Assembly (NCBI GenBank): GCA_963663865.1
Contig: OY760686.1
Location: 2,656,001-2,720,000, forward strand
DNA from: Spirochaetota bacterium
Lineage (GTDB): Bacteria > Spirochaetota > UBA4802 > UBA5550
DNA: 64,000 nt
Direction of reading: 5' to 3'
Both the position numbers and the translations under genes were made by a program. Below the pieces are notes generated by a model, which was not told where the DNA came from, made no database searches, and saw nothing but the letters and a program-made list of their open reading frames with translations. Numbering within the stretch: the stretch's first letter is position 1; each line of letters starts with the position of its first letter. Of the stretch, positions 38,691-48,919 are shown in pieces.

Positions 38691-39375
38691 GAATAATCGC
38701 GTCTATCAGCTTCGGCACATCTGAAAACGTGTCAGCTATGTATGGTTCGCCCTGTATCTCGATAACACCCGCGTGTCCAAAGGAGCATCCGATAAAGGGC
38801 ACTCCATTTGCCGAGGCGGCGTTCCGGTCAGAAGCCCTGTCTCCAACCATGATGAGCTTTTTGCCGGATACAGGCCCTCTCATGTATTCCGCTACAATGT
38901 CCTTCTTGTCAGGATATTCCCCGGAAACAAACAGCATTCCCTCAGAGAACATGCCTATGAGGCCATGTGTTTCCAGAATGGCTTTTATGTAGTCTTCCCT
39001 GCCGTTTGAAGCGGTCAGGAATTGATACCCCGCTTTGTGGAGCTCGACGAGAGAGTCCGCGACACCCGGGAACAATCTGCCTCCCCCTGCTCTGATTATA
39101 GAGACAAAGCTTCTGCTGCATTCATCGTTAAGCTCTAAAAGCTCGTCTGCGGAGAGTTCGGGGAAGAGTCGTATAAATATCTCATGCGTGGGCAGGCCGA
39201 CAAGTTTGAGTATGCTGTCTCTTTCCGGAAAGGCGGCCGGTTTTTCGCCGGCTGAATCGAAGTATCTCAGCATTCCGCCGCGGAAGGCGTCTACAACTAT
39301 GCCGGCGGAGTCATATATTGTTCCGTCAATATCAAAAGCTATAAATACGTCCCTGACCTTTCTTATCTCCCGCAT
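38677..39375 (-). CDS. HAD-family hydrolase
   Basis: FDIDGTIYDS, ASNG, MVGDRASD. Confidence 0.88.
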   Translation of the reverse strand: MREIRKVRDVFIAFDIDGTIYDSAGIVVDAFRGGMLRYFDSAGEKPAAFPERDSILKLVGLPTHEIFIRLFPELSADELLELNDECSRSFVSIIRAGGGRLFPGVADSLVELHKAGYQFLTASNGREDYIKAILETHGLIGMFSEGMLFVSGEYPDKKDIVAEYMRGPVSGKKLIMVGDRASDRNAASANGVPFIGCSFGHAGVIEIQGEPYIADTFSDVPKLIDAIIHGPI

Positions 39376-39485
39376 GGCCTTCAGACTTTATCGGAATAAG
39401 CTGCTGTCAATTAAAAAAGCAATAATTTCTTGACTCCGCCGAGCCGCTGTTGTGACCTGAATTTTCATCACAACAATGCCGGGAG

Positions 39486-40442
39486 TTGATATTGAACACA
39501 CAGGTAAAAATCGGAAAGCTGGTTTTAAAAAACCCGGTAACCGTCGCATCCGGTACCGCCGGATACGGAGAAGAACTCTCAGATTTTTTTGACATATCAA
39601 AGCTGGGCGCAATATTCACGAAAGGCCTGTCAATAAAACCAAGAGCCGGCAATAAGGGACACCGCATTCTTGAAACCCCGTCAGGCGTCCTGAATTCGAT
39701 CGGCCTTGAGAACGTTGGCATTGAAGTGTTTCTCGAAAAAAAACTTCCATTCCTTCTCTCACGAAATGCGGTACCGATTCCGAACATCGCCGGCCACTCA
39801 GTAGAAGAGAATGAAAAGCTGTGCTCAATACTCTCGCGCACTCCCGGAATCGACGCGGTTGAATTAAATGTATCGTGCCCGAACGTCAAAGAGGGCGGCA
39901 TAGCTTTCGGGACAGACCTGTCCGTCTTTACCCGTCTTCTTGAACGAGTAAGGTCGGTGACAGACTGCGCTCTTATAGTAAAGCTGTCTCCCAACGTGAC
40001 GGATATCGCTTCGTTCGCGAAGAGGGCTGAAGAAACAGGCGCTGACGCCGTGTCAGCGGTCAACACCCTTCTCGGCATGAAAATCGACATTGAGACCGGC
40101 CTGCCGCACTTCACAAACAGGGTGGCGGGGCTCAGCGGTCCCGCGATAAGGCCAATGGCAGTCAGAGCGGTATATCAAATATTTGAGAGGGTTTCAATAC
40201 CCGTCATTGGACTTGGCGGCATAGCCTCGACCGAAGACGCAGTCGAATTCATGATGGCTGGAGCTTCGGCGGTTTCAGTGGGTACGATGAACATGGTATA
40301 TCCCGCTCTCGCCCTCGAAATAGCGGAGGGAATCAGCAAGTTCATGGAAAAGAAAAATATTATATCAGCCGGCTCACTCACCGGAATCTCTCATAACCAG
40401 GGGCCCAGAGCCTCGCAGTCAAGCGGCTGCTCAATCCGCTGA
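39486..40442 (+). CDS. pyrD: Dihydroorotate dehydrogenase (family 1B catalytic subunit)
   Basis: NPVTVASGT, NSIGLEN, ELNVSCPNV, VKLSPNVTD, NTLLGM, GLSGPAI. Confidence 0.93.
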   Translation: MILNTQVKIGKLVLKNPVTVASGTAGYGEELSDFFDISKLGAIFTKGLSIKPRAGNKGHRILETPSGVLNSIGLENVGIEVFLEKKLPFLLSRNAVPIPNIAGHSVEENEKLCSILSRTPGIDAVELNVSCPNVKEGGIAFGTDLSVFTRLLERVRSVTDCALIVKLSPNVTDIASFAKRAEETGADAVSAVNTLLGMKIDIETGLPHFTNRVAGLSGPAIRPMAVRAVYQIFERVSIPVIGLGGIASTEDAVEFMMAGASAVSVGTMNMVYPALALEIAEGISKFMEKKNIISAGSLTGISHNQGPRASQSSGCSIR

Positions 40443-40472
40443 AACGGACTTATCAAGGAGACAATTACAGCA

Positions 40473-41522
40473 ATGAAATTCTGGAACAAGACGCTCACCG
40501 AAATGGATGAATATATACCCGGGGAACAGCCCGATCACATTGAGGAATACATTAAGCTTAATACAAATGAAAATGCCTTCCCGCCGTCAAGAGAAGCTGT
40601 TGCGGCAATCCAGAAGGCTTCAGAAAAGCTCAACCGCTATCCTGAACCGGCCTCGGACACGCTCAGGCAGGTCTTTGCGTCAATGAACGGCATCCCGGTC
40701 GAAAGCGTTTTCGCGTCAAACGGATCAGATGAGATATTCACCCTTATCTTCAGAGGATTCGCCGACAGCAAAAAACCTGCGGCATTCCCCTATCCTTCTT
40801 ATTCCCTTTATGACACGCTTGCGCAGGCCTGCGGGATTCCCTTCAAGAAAATCAACCTCAGAGACGATTTCTCTTACGACCTCAACGCGTTCCTTGATGA
40901 AGAGTACAGTCCGGTCATAATAGCCAACCCGAACAATCCTACCGGAACATGGTTCAGCATTGAAGAGCTTCGCACCTTTCTGACTAAATTCCGAGGGCTC
41001 CTCGTTGTCGATGAAGCGTATATCGACTTCTACGGCGGGTCGGCGCTGCCGCTTGTTCAGGAATTCGACAACATTATCGTTACGCGCTCTTTTTCCAAGT
41101 CTTACTCTCTGGCGGGCCTGAGGGTGGGCATAGCAGCCGCACATCCGGACATCATCAGGGGCTTTATGAAGCTGAAAGACTCATACAATCTCGACAGCTG
41201 CGCGATAGCAGGCGCTGCTGCCGCGCTTAAAGACACCAGGACATTCAAATACAACGCGGAAATGATAGTGAGCAACAAGGAATATCTCGAATCATCTCTT
41301 GAATCAATGGGATTTTCATTAGTCCCCTCGCATGCCAACTTCGTCTTCACCCGTCACCCGGACTTCGCGGGAGAAGAACTTTACAGAGAGCTAAAGGCGA
41401 GACAAATTCTCGTCCGCCACTTCAGAGGAGAGCCCCAGAGCAGCTACATCAGGATTACTGTCGGAACCATGATGGAGATCAAGAAGCTCTGCTCAGAACT
41501 TCGCTCTATAACGGGAGCCTGA
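40473..41522 (+). CDS. hisC: Histidinol-phosphate aminotransferase
   Basis: YIPGEQP, KLNTNEN, NGSDE, NPNNPTG, VDEAY, RSFSKSYSLAGLRVG. Confidence 0.95.
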   Translation: MKFWNKTLTEMDEYIPGEQPDHIEEYIKLNTNENAFPPSREAVAAIQKASEKLNRYPEPASDTLRQVFASMNGIPVESVFASNGSDEIFTLIFRGFADSKKPAAFPYPSYSLYDTLAQACGIPFKKINLRDDFSYDLNAFLDEEYSPVIIANPNNPTGTWFSIEELRTFLTKFRGLLVVDEAYIDFYGGSALPLVQEFDNIIVTRSFSKSYSLAGLRVGIAAAHPDIIRGFMKLKDSYNLDSCAIAGAAAALKDTRTFKYNAEMIVSNKEYLESSLESMGFSLVPSHANFVFTRHPDFAGEELYRELKARQILVRHFRGEPQSSYIRITVGTMMEIKKLCSELRSITGA

Positions 41523-42171
41523 TTATTGCTCCCGTCATACCGGTGACTGTGGCCCTGACGACGACCTCCTGAAGCGTAAGCTTGCCCCGCTCAAAGAGAA
41601 TAACGTCGTCTTCAACAATCCATATATTGACGTGTTCCTCATTGCCGGAGCGCAACCATTTGAATCCGATTACCATTCCAACAATATTCTTTTCCCTGAA
41701 GACCGATATGCAGGTGTTGACCGTTTCCATAACCTGTTTGAGAGTTGTATCTGCATATGAAGCTGCCGCATCCTGGTAGCGTTCGCTCGTGCTGATTCCC
41801 ATCTCCAGATCGATGCCAAGATATAGCCTGTCCCGTGAGTCCGATTTTCTGTCAAAGTAGAAGCCGATTGAGCCTTTTGAAACCTTAAGAGATTTATCCT
41901 CAACAAGCTCAGCCCCGATCGCTATGAGGTATTTTCTGTACTTCTCATGATATACCCTGCCGCTTGAGGTATATCGCTCCGGATCAACCAGAAGGTCCGC
42001 GTATTTCTCAACGGCGCCATCCTCGCGTTTTTCAAGAAGTGCCTTCTCCCTCGACTCCTGCGCATTATCGCGTATCTCTCCCGGCTTTGACGCGCAGGTG
42101 GAAAGGGACAGCACTGTTATCAGGACTACGTACTTAGCTATTATCTTAAAACCAATCATTCTATCCTCCAA
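41506..42171 (-). CDS. Hypothetical exported protein (possible lipoprotein)
   Basis: 221-aa ORF with GGAGG RBS and a signal peptide ending LSTC. Confidence 0.65.
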   Translation of the reverse strand: MEDRMIGFKIIAKYVVLITVLSLSTCASKPGEIRDNAQESREKALLEKREDGAVEKYADLLVDPERYTSSGRVYHEKYRKYLIAIGAELVEDKSLKVSKGSIGFYFDRKSDSRDRLYLGIDLEMGISTSERYQDAAASYADTTLKQVMETVNTCISVFREKNIVGMVIGFKWLRSGNEEHVNIWIVEDDVILFERGKLTLQEVVVRATVTGMTGAIIRLPL

Positions 42172-42523
42172 TGGCGGAAATTTTGCATTTTTCTGTTTTT
42201 GTCTATTCCATTAAGACCAGTGATATTTTATAAAACCTTACTTTATTATTCATATCGTCAATTATTTATTGCGGCTCTCACATTATCATTTTTTCTTTCC
42301 CAAATTTTCGCCGTTTCTGATTATGAGTCTGCTGATTCTTTTTAGTTCATTCTCATCGTGAACGATGTGATCATGAAAACGGGATTGCCGGCCAAATTCA
42401 GGATAAGATTTACCGGCCAAATCACAAAACCTTCTTTACAGCTGATCACAGAATGAACAGTCTGCATTGTGGATTCACACATCGAAAGCAATACTGTTAA
42501 AATACCGGAGGCAGCCTGTCAGC

Positions 42524-43762
42524 ATGCGTTTTCATCCCCCCCTTTTTTTATATATACTTGTTCTTCTGTCATGTTCAGAAAAAACTATAAACTACAATTT
42601 CCCGGGGGAACCCGGCAAGAGGGTTACTACCGGACTTGAGGTGTTTATTGAGGAAAAAGCCGAAAAACTCAGAGGCATAAATGCTGTACTGGTGACTAAT
42701 CACTCTGGGACCGACTACGCTCTCAGGAGCAGCTATTCGCTTCTCATTGACGCGGGCATCAATATCACGAAGATTATGGCGCCTGAACACGGCATCTATG
42801 GTTACCAGAACGAATATGACAGCAGGATAAAAGTCCCCGGGCCGTCCAAAAACTGTCCTGTCTACAATCTGCACCACCTGAATAAACGCTCGTTCCTTCG
42901 GCTGATAAAGGACGCTCACGCCGTAATATTCGACATACAGACACTGAGCATGAGATGCTACACTTATATTTCAAACCTCAAGTTCCTCATGGACTCAATG
43001 GCAGGACACCCCGCCGAGCTCTTCGTACTCGACAGGCCTGATCCGATTGGATTCCTGGGACCGGACGGCCCCCTGCTTGAGAGAAACCATGAATCCCGGT
43101 TCATTGGCGAGTTTCCCGGCCCTTTCATGTACGGCATGACAATCGGAGAGGCGGCGCTATATTACTCTGACAGATATGAACCCCGGACAAGGCTCACAGT
43201 AATTCCAATGCGGGGCTACAGCAGAGAGATGCTTTTCAGCGAAACGGGTCTTCCGTGGATTCCTCCATCGCCCAATCTTCCCGACTACAGCGGCACAATC
43301 ATCTACACCTTTGCTGTGTATCTTGAGGGCATCGAAGTCTCAATCGGCAGGGGAACCACAAAGCCCTTTGAATACATCGGCGCGCCCTACATTGATCCGG
43401 AGCTTCTTGCCGCGGGACTTACTTCGATGGGCCTCAAAAACTTCAAATTCAGGCCTGTACGATTCAAACCTGTTTTCAGCCACTTCAGGGGACAGGCCTG
43501 CGGAGGAGTTCAGGTTTTCTACACGGGAGGACATTTCAGCCCCACTGAGACCGCTTATTCCATTATCAGCTGCATCAGAAAGCTTTACCCCCAGGCCCGA
43601 TGGCGCAGAAGCGGCGGTGTGTATGTAATAGACTCCCTCGCGGGCAGCGCATCAATGCGCCAGTACATTGACCGCGGCGAATCGGCCCCGGAATACAGCT
43701 CTCTGACCGGAAGCGGAATCAGGAGATATAAAAGAATAAGGAAGAAATACCTGATGTACTGA
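42524..43762 (+). CDS. DUF1343 / NamZ-family exo-beta-N-acetylmuramidase, lipoprotein
   Basis: Lipobox LLSC; LVTNHSG, APEHG, FDIQ..RCYTY, LDRPDP, GMTIGE, WIPPSPNLP, SIGRGT. Confidence 0.88.
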   Translation: MRFHPPLFLYILVLLSCSEKTINYNFPGEPGKRVTTGLEVFIEEKAEKLRGINAVLVTNHSGTDYALRSSYSLLIDAGINITKIMAPEHGIYGYQNEYDSRIKVPGPSKNCPVYNLHHLNKRSFLRLIKDAHAVIFDIQTLSMRCYTYISNLKFLMDSMAGHPAELFVLDRPDPIGFLGPDGPLLERNHESRFIGEFPGPFMYGMTIGEAALYYSDRYEPRTRLTVIPMRGYSREMLFSETGLPWIPPSPNLPDYSGTIIYTFAVYLEGIEVSIGRGTTKPFEYIGAPYIDPELLAAGLTSMGLKNFKFRPVRFKPVFSHFRGQACGGVQVFYTGGHFSPTETAYSIISCIRKLYPQARWRRSGGVYVIDSLAGSASMRQYIDRGESAPEYSSLTGSGIRRYKRIRKKYLMY

Positions 43763-43783
43763 GGCAGATCCGGCGCCTTCATA

Positions 43784-46249
43784 TTACATCTGCAAAAATT
43801 CCATGTATTTTTTTATTTCGACAGGATAATTGCCCTCAGAGTCCATATACTTTTTATAGCGCCTCTCGTATGACTGATAGTTTCGGATTAATATGTTCGT
43901 GTACCTCGTATTGTACTGTCCGAACGCCGGCATCTGTCCGAGCCTCTCGCGGATGTCCTTTTTGAAGGGAATGTGCTTGAAAAACATCTCCCTCACGACA
44001 GAATTCAACTTCATGATTCCATCTTTCTCGAACAGCACCCAGGTCTGATAGTCATCGGCAAACCGGTCCCGGTTTGTTCTGATACTCTTGAACTTTTCGT
44101 TAATCTTGTCCTTCGCTTCGACAGAAAGTTTGGAGTTCTTCTTGAATGTATTAACGTAATCAAAGTACTCGCCTGTAACTCCGCCCTCAATGGGATCGGC
44201 CCACATGGCTCCCTTGAGGCTGCGATTGAGCTCCCACCTGAAACAGGCAAGCGTATGAGCGAGGTTCTTCTGAAAATCACCTGCAAAGAATACCGGGATT
44301 ACAATCCGCCCCCTTGAACGCTTATTGGTCCCGGACAGCTCCTGCCACAGAAGGGTTCTGCTTCCTGACACCGGCAACAGTATAAAGTAAGGGAGGATTT
44401 CTTCCCTGATAATCTCACGCGCGTCCTCCAGTTTAAGCACCGTTTCCCTGTAGAACAGTGAAAAGTCTATGTCCCTGATTTCACGGACAGCTTTGTCGAC
44501 AGCTTCCCTGGCCATATACATGGACTTGAGGGAACCGTGAATGTTAAATGAACACAGAAAAGGAATCGCGGTCGATGTTGAGCCTGAACAGACCGCCGAA
44601 GTGCTCGCCAGACGCTGCTCAATCTCGTACATCACCGTAGCAAAAGCCGGATCAGCTGTCTCCGGGTGCGTGCCCTTCTTGCCTCTATGCCTCTCCTCTT
44701 CCCGGAGATGAGCGTCATAAGAAAGGCCCATCTCGGTTATACTTGGAGCCTCTTTACCCTGAAGAATCAGTGAAAGAAAATCCGTTTCCCTGACGACGGG
44801 TACCGAGGTTTTCTTCTCCGAGAGAGCGGCTATCTCCCATAGTTCGTTCTGATGCTCGTTATCAAGGAGAGTTTCATCAAGCAGGCCGAATGAAAGCATC
44901 ATCTTCACAGGCACCGGGGTATTGGGATCACCCTTGGAGCGGATAAAGGCCTGCTTGTACATATCCCAGTACATCTTCGTGATATGTCTCCTTAACTTTC
45001 TCGCCCCCGAATCGGTGGCAAGCGGGTTTTTGGCGGCCTTGAAATCCTTCAGCAGCTTGATAAACTTTGCCTGAAAGTCCTTGTCGGCAAGCGTATATTC
45101 CAAAATCTGTCTGAGAGAGTTTTGCAGTCCAGGCACCGGCCCGGCATTTCCAGCAGAGGTTTGTACAGAGGCTGCGGCGCTCTCAGATTTTTTCCCCTCA
45201 GCTTCAACAGGCCGCGATGCAGCTCCGCCGGCCGTGTAAAAGACGTGAATCTCCCTGATTCCGGGATAGACTGAAGTCATCTTCACGCCGAAGATTTCCT
45301 CGTACATGGAATTCATCTTCACTATTAGAGAGAGAGTCTGCTTCACAAACTCGGGACCGGCAAGCCCGGCACTGACAATCTGGTTAAAACCTCCGCCGGC
45401 AGTGAGATAAGACGACCAGCTTGTTTCAGCCCCGAACAAATCAGCAAGCTCTCGCCCTGTCTGATCGCACAGGGACTCAATCCTTCCGATTACGCCGGAC
45501 TGGGAAGCGGTGACAAGCTGAAGCATGGAAGCAGCGATTTCCGGGTCTGCTCCGATAATTCCTGCCGAAGCGGGCTGATTAACAATTCTTGAAATCATGT
45601 CAATCATCGGGCGGTTTATAAGATTTTCAACAGGCTCCCCCGAGAAGTTATACCTTCTGCTCAAATATCTGCTGTTGTCCGTTATAAGGAACCTTGCTGT
45701 TACCGGCGAGGGAAGCGCCCCGCCTGAAGAAGTAAAATTAGCAAACAGCGATGATGCCTTCCCCTGAAGCCTTTCGCTGAGCCCTCTTCCGCTGGCAGCC
45801 CCGTAAAGTATGCAGAGATTGTCAGACATCATCGTAGCGGAACGCCATAGCCGCAGCAGCCTGTCTGAGTCGGCGGCTGATGAAGCCACAGAGAGTATGA
45901 GGCCCCTTATGACCCAGGCCGCCGAAGCCGGATCGGCTGAAGCCAGCCTTGATATGCCGCCCTGAGGGACTTGCACAAACGAAACTTCACAGTCGGTCAG
46001 CGCCCTCGCACCGGCGCCGTGGGCCTCTGTAAGCCCGATGCTGCAAGGCGGTACTATCCCGCCCTGACGGATGAGGGAAACCCTGCTGCTCTTCGACGCG
46101 GTCAGAGCCGGATCAAGGCCGTTCATGGATTCAGGCGCGTTGAGCAGCTCAACAACGCCTTTTTTTAAATAGTACACCTTCTCCGGAGCCTCCCCCTGAC
46201 TAAACAAAAGGGTCCCGGCTGAACAAACCTCAATCTTCTCATTGGCCAT
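43784..46249 (-). CDS. Large cyclic-nucleotide-binding-domain protein
   Basis: N-terminal cNMP fold (AGTLLFSQGE..VYYLKKGVVEL..ARALTDC) followed by a long domain of unknown function. Confidence 0.75.
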   Translation of the reverse strand: MANEKIEVCSAGTLLFSQGEAPEKVYYLKKGVVELLNAPESMNGLDPALTASKSSRVSLIRQGGIVPPCSIGLTEAHGAGARALTDCEVSFVQVPQGGISRLASADPASAAWVIRGLILSVASSAADSDRLLRLWRSATMMSDNLCILYGAASGRGLSERLQGKASSLFANFTSSGGALPSPVTARFLITDNSRYLSRRYNFSGEPVENLINRPMIDMISRIVNQPASAGIIGADPEIAASMLQLVTASQSGVIGRIESLCDQTGRELADLFGAETSWSSYLTAGGGFNQIVSAGLAGPEFVKQTLSLIVKMNSMYEEIFGVKMTSVYPGIREIHVFYTAGGAASRPVEAEGKKSESAAASVQTSAGNAGPVPGLQNSLRQILEYTLADKDFQAKFIKLLKDFKAAKNPLATDSGARKLRRHITKMYWDMYKQAFIRSKGDPNTPVPVKMMLSFGLLDETLLDNEHQNELWEIAALSEKKTSVPVVRETDFLSLILQGKEAPSITEMGLSYDAHLREEERHRGKKGTHPETADPAFATVMYEIEQRLASTSAVCSGSTSTAIPFLCSFNIHGSLKSMYMAREAVDKAVREIRDIDFSLFYRETVLKLEDAREIIREEILPYFILLPVSGSRTLLWQELSGTNKRSRGRIVIPVFFAGDFQKNLAHTLACFRWELNRSLKGAMWADPIEGGVTGEYFDYVNTFKKNSKLSVEAKDKINEKFKSIRTNRDRFADDYQTWVLFEKDGIMKLNSVVREMFFKHIPFKKDIRERLGQMPAFGQYNTRYTNILIRNYQSYERRYKKYMDSEGNYPVEIKKYMEFLQM

Positions 46250-46254
46250 AGAAT

Positions 46255-46602
46255 CTATTCTCCGTCAGCTGATTTGAGGGATTTCATATATTCATCCCAC
46301 TCAACGGGTAAAAGGTTTTTTTTCCTGTTATTGCATTCCTTACATGCGGGAACAATATTCTCGCGGTCCGACATGCCCCCCCTTGCAAGAGGAATCCTGT
46401 GATCCATCGTCAAGTCCGCGGGAGAAAACTTCCCCGAACAGTAGTAACAAATCCCGGTTGAAATCTTCTTTTTCCACCATGGCGTCGTCCTCAGCTTCCT
46501 CGCCTTCTGTTTCTCTCTCGATATATGTTCGGACATGAAATCCATTCCCGAAGCTGGGACAGGGCGCTTTTCTCTTCTGTATTTTTTATCTCTATCGGAC
46601 AT
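46255..46602 (-). CDS. HNH endonuclease
   Basis: CYYC...TMDHRIPLARGG...NIVPACKECNNRK; start uncertain (46602 or further downstream). Confidence 0.85.
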   Translation of the reverse strand: MSDRDKKYRREKRPVPASGMDFMSEHISREKQKARKLRTTPWWKKKISTGICYYCSGKFSPADLTMDHRIPLARGGMSDRENIVPACKECNNRKKNLLPVEWDEYMKSLKSADGE

Positions 46603-46702
46603 GAAAACTTTCACCGGCTGATTCATAATAGGCGGGAACATGAACGGCCCCACGGGCAGCTGCCTCAGGAATGATTGCACTCTGGAAACTTTTTGTCAAT
46701 GA

Positions 46703-47632
46703 TTATTGGAAAAAAGAACCGTTCAAATGCCCATGCCCATTGATAAAGGCGCCGGCAGACATAGGTTTTTTTGTTTCCGGCTGAATATCGACAATTTCAA
46801 TGACTCCGCTTCCAGTCCCTGCCAGTACCCTTTTTTTCCCGTAAAATGAGAGCTCTCCCGGCCTGAGCCTCACATCCGGTATATCCCGCAGCGAGGTCTT
46901 TCGTATCTTGAACACCTTCCCGCCCAGACGAGTATGCGCGCATGGTGACGGGTTGAGGCCTCTGACGAGATTGTGTATTGTTTTTGAATCAACCGCCCAG
47001 TTTATTTGTGCGGTTTCCTTCGTAATTTTCCCGCAATATGTCGCGCTCCTTTCGTCCTGAACAATTCTGACTGCCGCGCCGGAAGCCAAAAGCTCAACCG
47101 CTCTGGAAAGCATAGCGCCTCCGATCTCTTTAACTATTTCAAAAAGCTCACCGGCATCTATCTCATCGTCGAGCTCGATTTTTTCCTGCAAAATAATATC
47201 GCCCGCGTCCATCCGCTCATTGATAAGCTGAACAGTGATTCCGGTCTTTTTTTCCCCGTTTATAAGGGCCCACTGTACCGGAGCCGCTCCCCTGTATAAT
47301 GGCAGCAATGAGGGATGAAGGTTCACTGTCCCCAGAGGAGGCATATTAAAAACGTCAGCGGGGATTATTTTACCATAAGCGACAACAACGAAAATATCGG
47401 CTCCATGGGCCTTTATTGTTTCCATAAAAGACGCCTCTGTGAGGACGTCTGGCTGGTACACCGGTATATCGTTGCACATAGCCTCATCCTTTGCGGGGCA
47501 GAAGACAAGCCTTCTATTCCTTCCCGAAGGCTTGTCCGGCGGCGCAACCACAAAGAGGACCTCATGGCCTTCAACAAGTCCGCGCAGACAGCAGGAAGCG
47601 AGGTCAGGAGTTCCGAAAAATCCAATTTTCAT
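46703..47632 (-). CDS. fmt: Methionyl-tRNA formyltransferase
   Basis: MKIGFFGTP, VVAYGKI, NLHPSLLPLYRGAAP, MDAGDI. Confidence 0.96.
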   Translation of the reverse strand: MKIGFFGTPDLASCCLRGLVEGHEVLFVVAPPDKPSGRNRRLVFCPAKDEAMCNDIPVYQPDVLTEASFMETIKAHGADIFVVVAYGKIIPADVFNMPPLGTVNLHPSLLPLYRGAAPVQWALINGEKKTGITVQLINERMDAGDIILQEKIELDDEIDAGELFEIVKEIGGAMLSRAVELLASGAAVRIVQDERSATYCGKITKETAQINWAVDSKTIHNLVRGLNPSPCAHTRLGGKVFKIRKTSLRDIPDVRLRPGELSFYGKKRVLAGTGSGVIEIVDIQPETKKPMSAGAFINGHGHLNGSFFQ

Positions 47633-48239
47633 TTTTCTTTTTTTCCGCATTCAATTTCTTTAAGGTTTTCTTTTCAATTTTTTTCAATCTCGGCAAATAG
47701 CGTTTCAGGCAGTCACCCGAAAGGTAATCGACAAAGAGCTTACCGTCTATATGGTCAATCTCGTGCTGAAGCACCCTCGCAAGGAGCCCCCCTGCCTCAA
47801 TCTCAAGCTCCCTCCCGTTCAGGTCAACGGCCGACACGAGAATCTCTGAAGGCCGGTAGACCTCGGCCGTGATCCCGGGTATTGAGAGGCAGGACTCAAA
47901 ATAAGAAGTTCTTTCCAGGTTATAATCTCTGATAGAGGGGTTGATAAGCGTCATCTCGTTAAAATAGTCTCTCACATCGACAACGATCATCCTGAGGGGA
48001 ACGCCCGCCTGTGGAGCCGCAAAACCCACGCCCTTATTGGCTTTCATGAGCCGTGACATACCAAGAGACAAATTCACTATTGAATTATCAATGTTGTTTA
48101 TCTCTTCAGCCCTGGCCCTTAAAACATCATCGCCATAGCGGACGACTGATGAGCAGTCTCCGAAGCCACCCCCTTTCTCTGCCGGGTTTTCCACGAAAGA
48201 TGACCTCCTCTTCATGCTGTTTATCATCGCCCGACTCAA
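47604..48239 (-). CDS. def: Peptide deformylase
   Basis: GVGFAAPQ, ESCLS, QHEIDH; directly upstream of fmt; start uncertain. Confidence 0.9.
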   Translation of the reverse strand: MSRAMINSMKRRSSFVENPAEKGGGFGDCSSVVRYGDDVLRARAEEINNIDNSIVNLSLGMSRLMKANKGVGFAAPQAGVPLRMIVVDVRDYFNEMTLINPSIRDYNLERTSYFESCLSIPGITAEVYRPSEILVSAVDLNGRELEIEAGGLLARVLQHEIDHIDGKLFVDYLSGDCLKRYLPRLKKIEKKTLKKLNAEKKKNENWIFRNS

Positions 48240-48420
48240 GCCGCTGTCAAATGAAAATACAGTCCTGATAAAAAAATAACAGCCCCGCTTGATTGAACAT
48301 TACACCTTTTTTTTCTCAGGTAAAAATCATTTTTTTTAATTTTTTTCGTGTCCTGCTCCAGTGTTTTTGTTGACAGAAAATACCCATGTTGTTTTATGTA
48401 TCTCGTATCGCGGAGGAGAT

Positions 48421-48494
48421 GGGGTGTTAGCTCAGTTGGTTAGAGTACCTGCCTGTCACGCAGGGGGTCGCGAGTTCGAGTCTCGTACACCCCG
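48421..48494 (+). tRNA. tRNA-Asp (GTC)
   Basis: GGGGTGT/ACACCCC acceptor stem, D-arm AGCTCAGTTGGTTAGAGT, anticodon loop CTGTCAC, T-loop GTTCGAGTC; CCA not encoded. Confidence 0.96.
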
Positions 48495-48495
48495 C

Positions 48496-48540
48496 ATTCA
48501 AAAAGGCATCTTCTGAAATTCATTTGAAGCCTTTTTGAAT
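48496..48540 (+). terminator. Terminator-like hairpin after the tRNA
   Basis: ATTCAAAAAGGC ... GCCTTTTTGAAT 12-bp inverted repeat. Confidence 0.65.
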
Positions 48541-48919
48541 TCTGGTTTTCCGCCAGACGGATAATAACTACTCCTCCTAAATTTTGTGTTATATCCTGAA
48601 TTAACTCACTTCGAAGGACATAGGACGGCTTTAGCCCCCTGTGGCACTTCGTAAAGTGAGATTTTTTCATTAATCCAGCCACTACTCTTCCCTTAACTAA
48701 AATACCATATTCGTAATTATTATTTTGCTTGATTATTCTTCATGATCTATGACAGATAATACACGCAGCTCCTGACGGCGTTTATCGGCTGCTGAATATT
48801 ATGCCTCCGGGCATATTCGGCTCGTTAAGACATTTCCCAAAATGCCTCTATTGAAATGATAAATCAAAGTCAGCTCTTTTTCACTTGTACCAATTTTCTG
48901 ACAGGCGGTGTCTCCTGAT

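Noticed and set aside
39407-40114. Long antisense or alternate-frame ORFs (235 aa opposite pyrD; also 37311..37997, 47315..47872, 54504..55022)
   Set aside because: Shadow ORFs overlapping well-supported genes, with no motifs or RBS
45326-45335. (AG)5 in the cNMP-domain gene, and other short runs (T9 at 1397-1405, G8 at 63269-63276)
   Set aside because: Short, in frame and mid-gene; expected by chance
48595-48670. Integron attC site or c-di-GMP-I riboswitch in the hairpin after the tRNA
   Set aside because: No matching RYYYAAC/GTTRRRY box pair and no integrase; the GEMM P1 GNRA/GCAAA elements are absent
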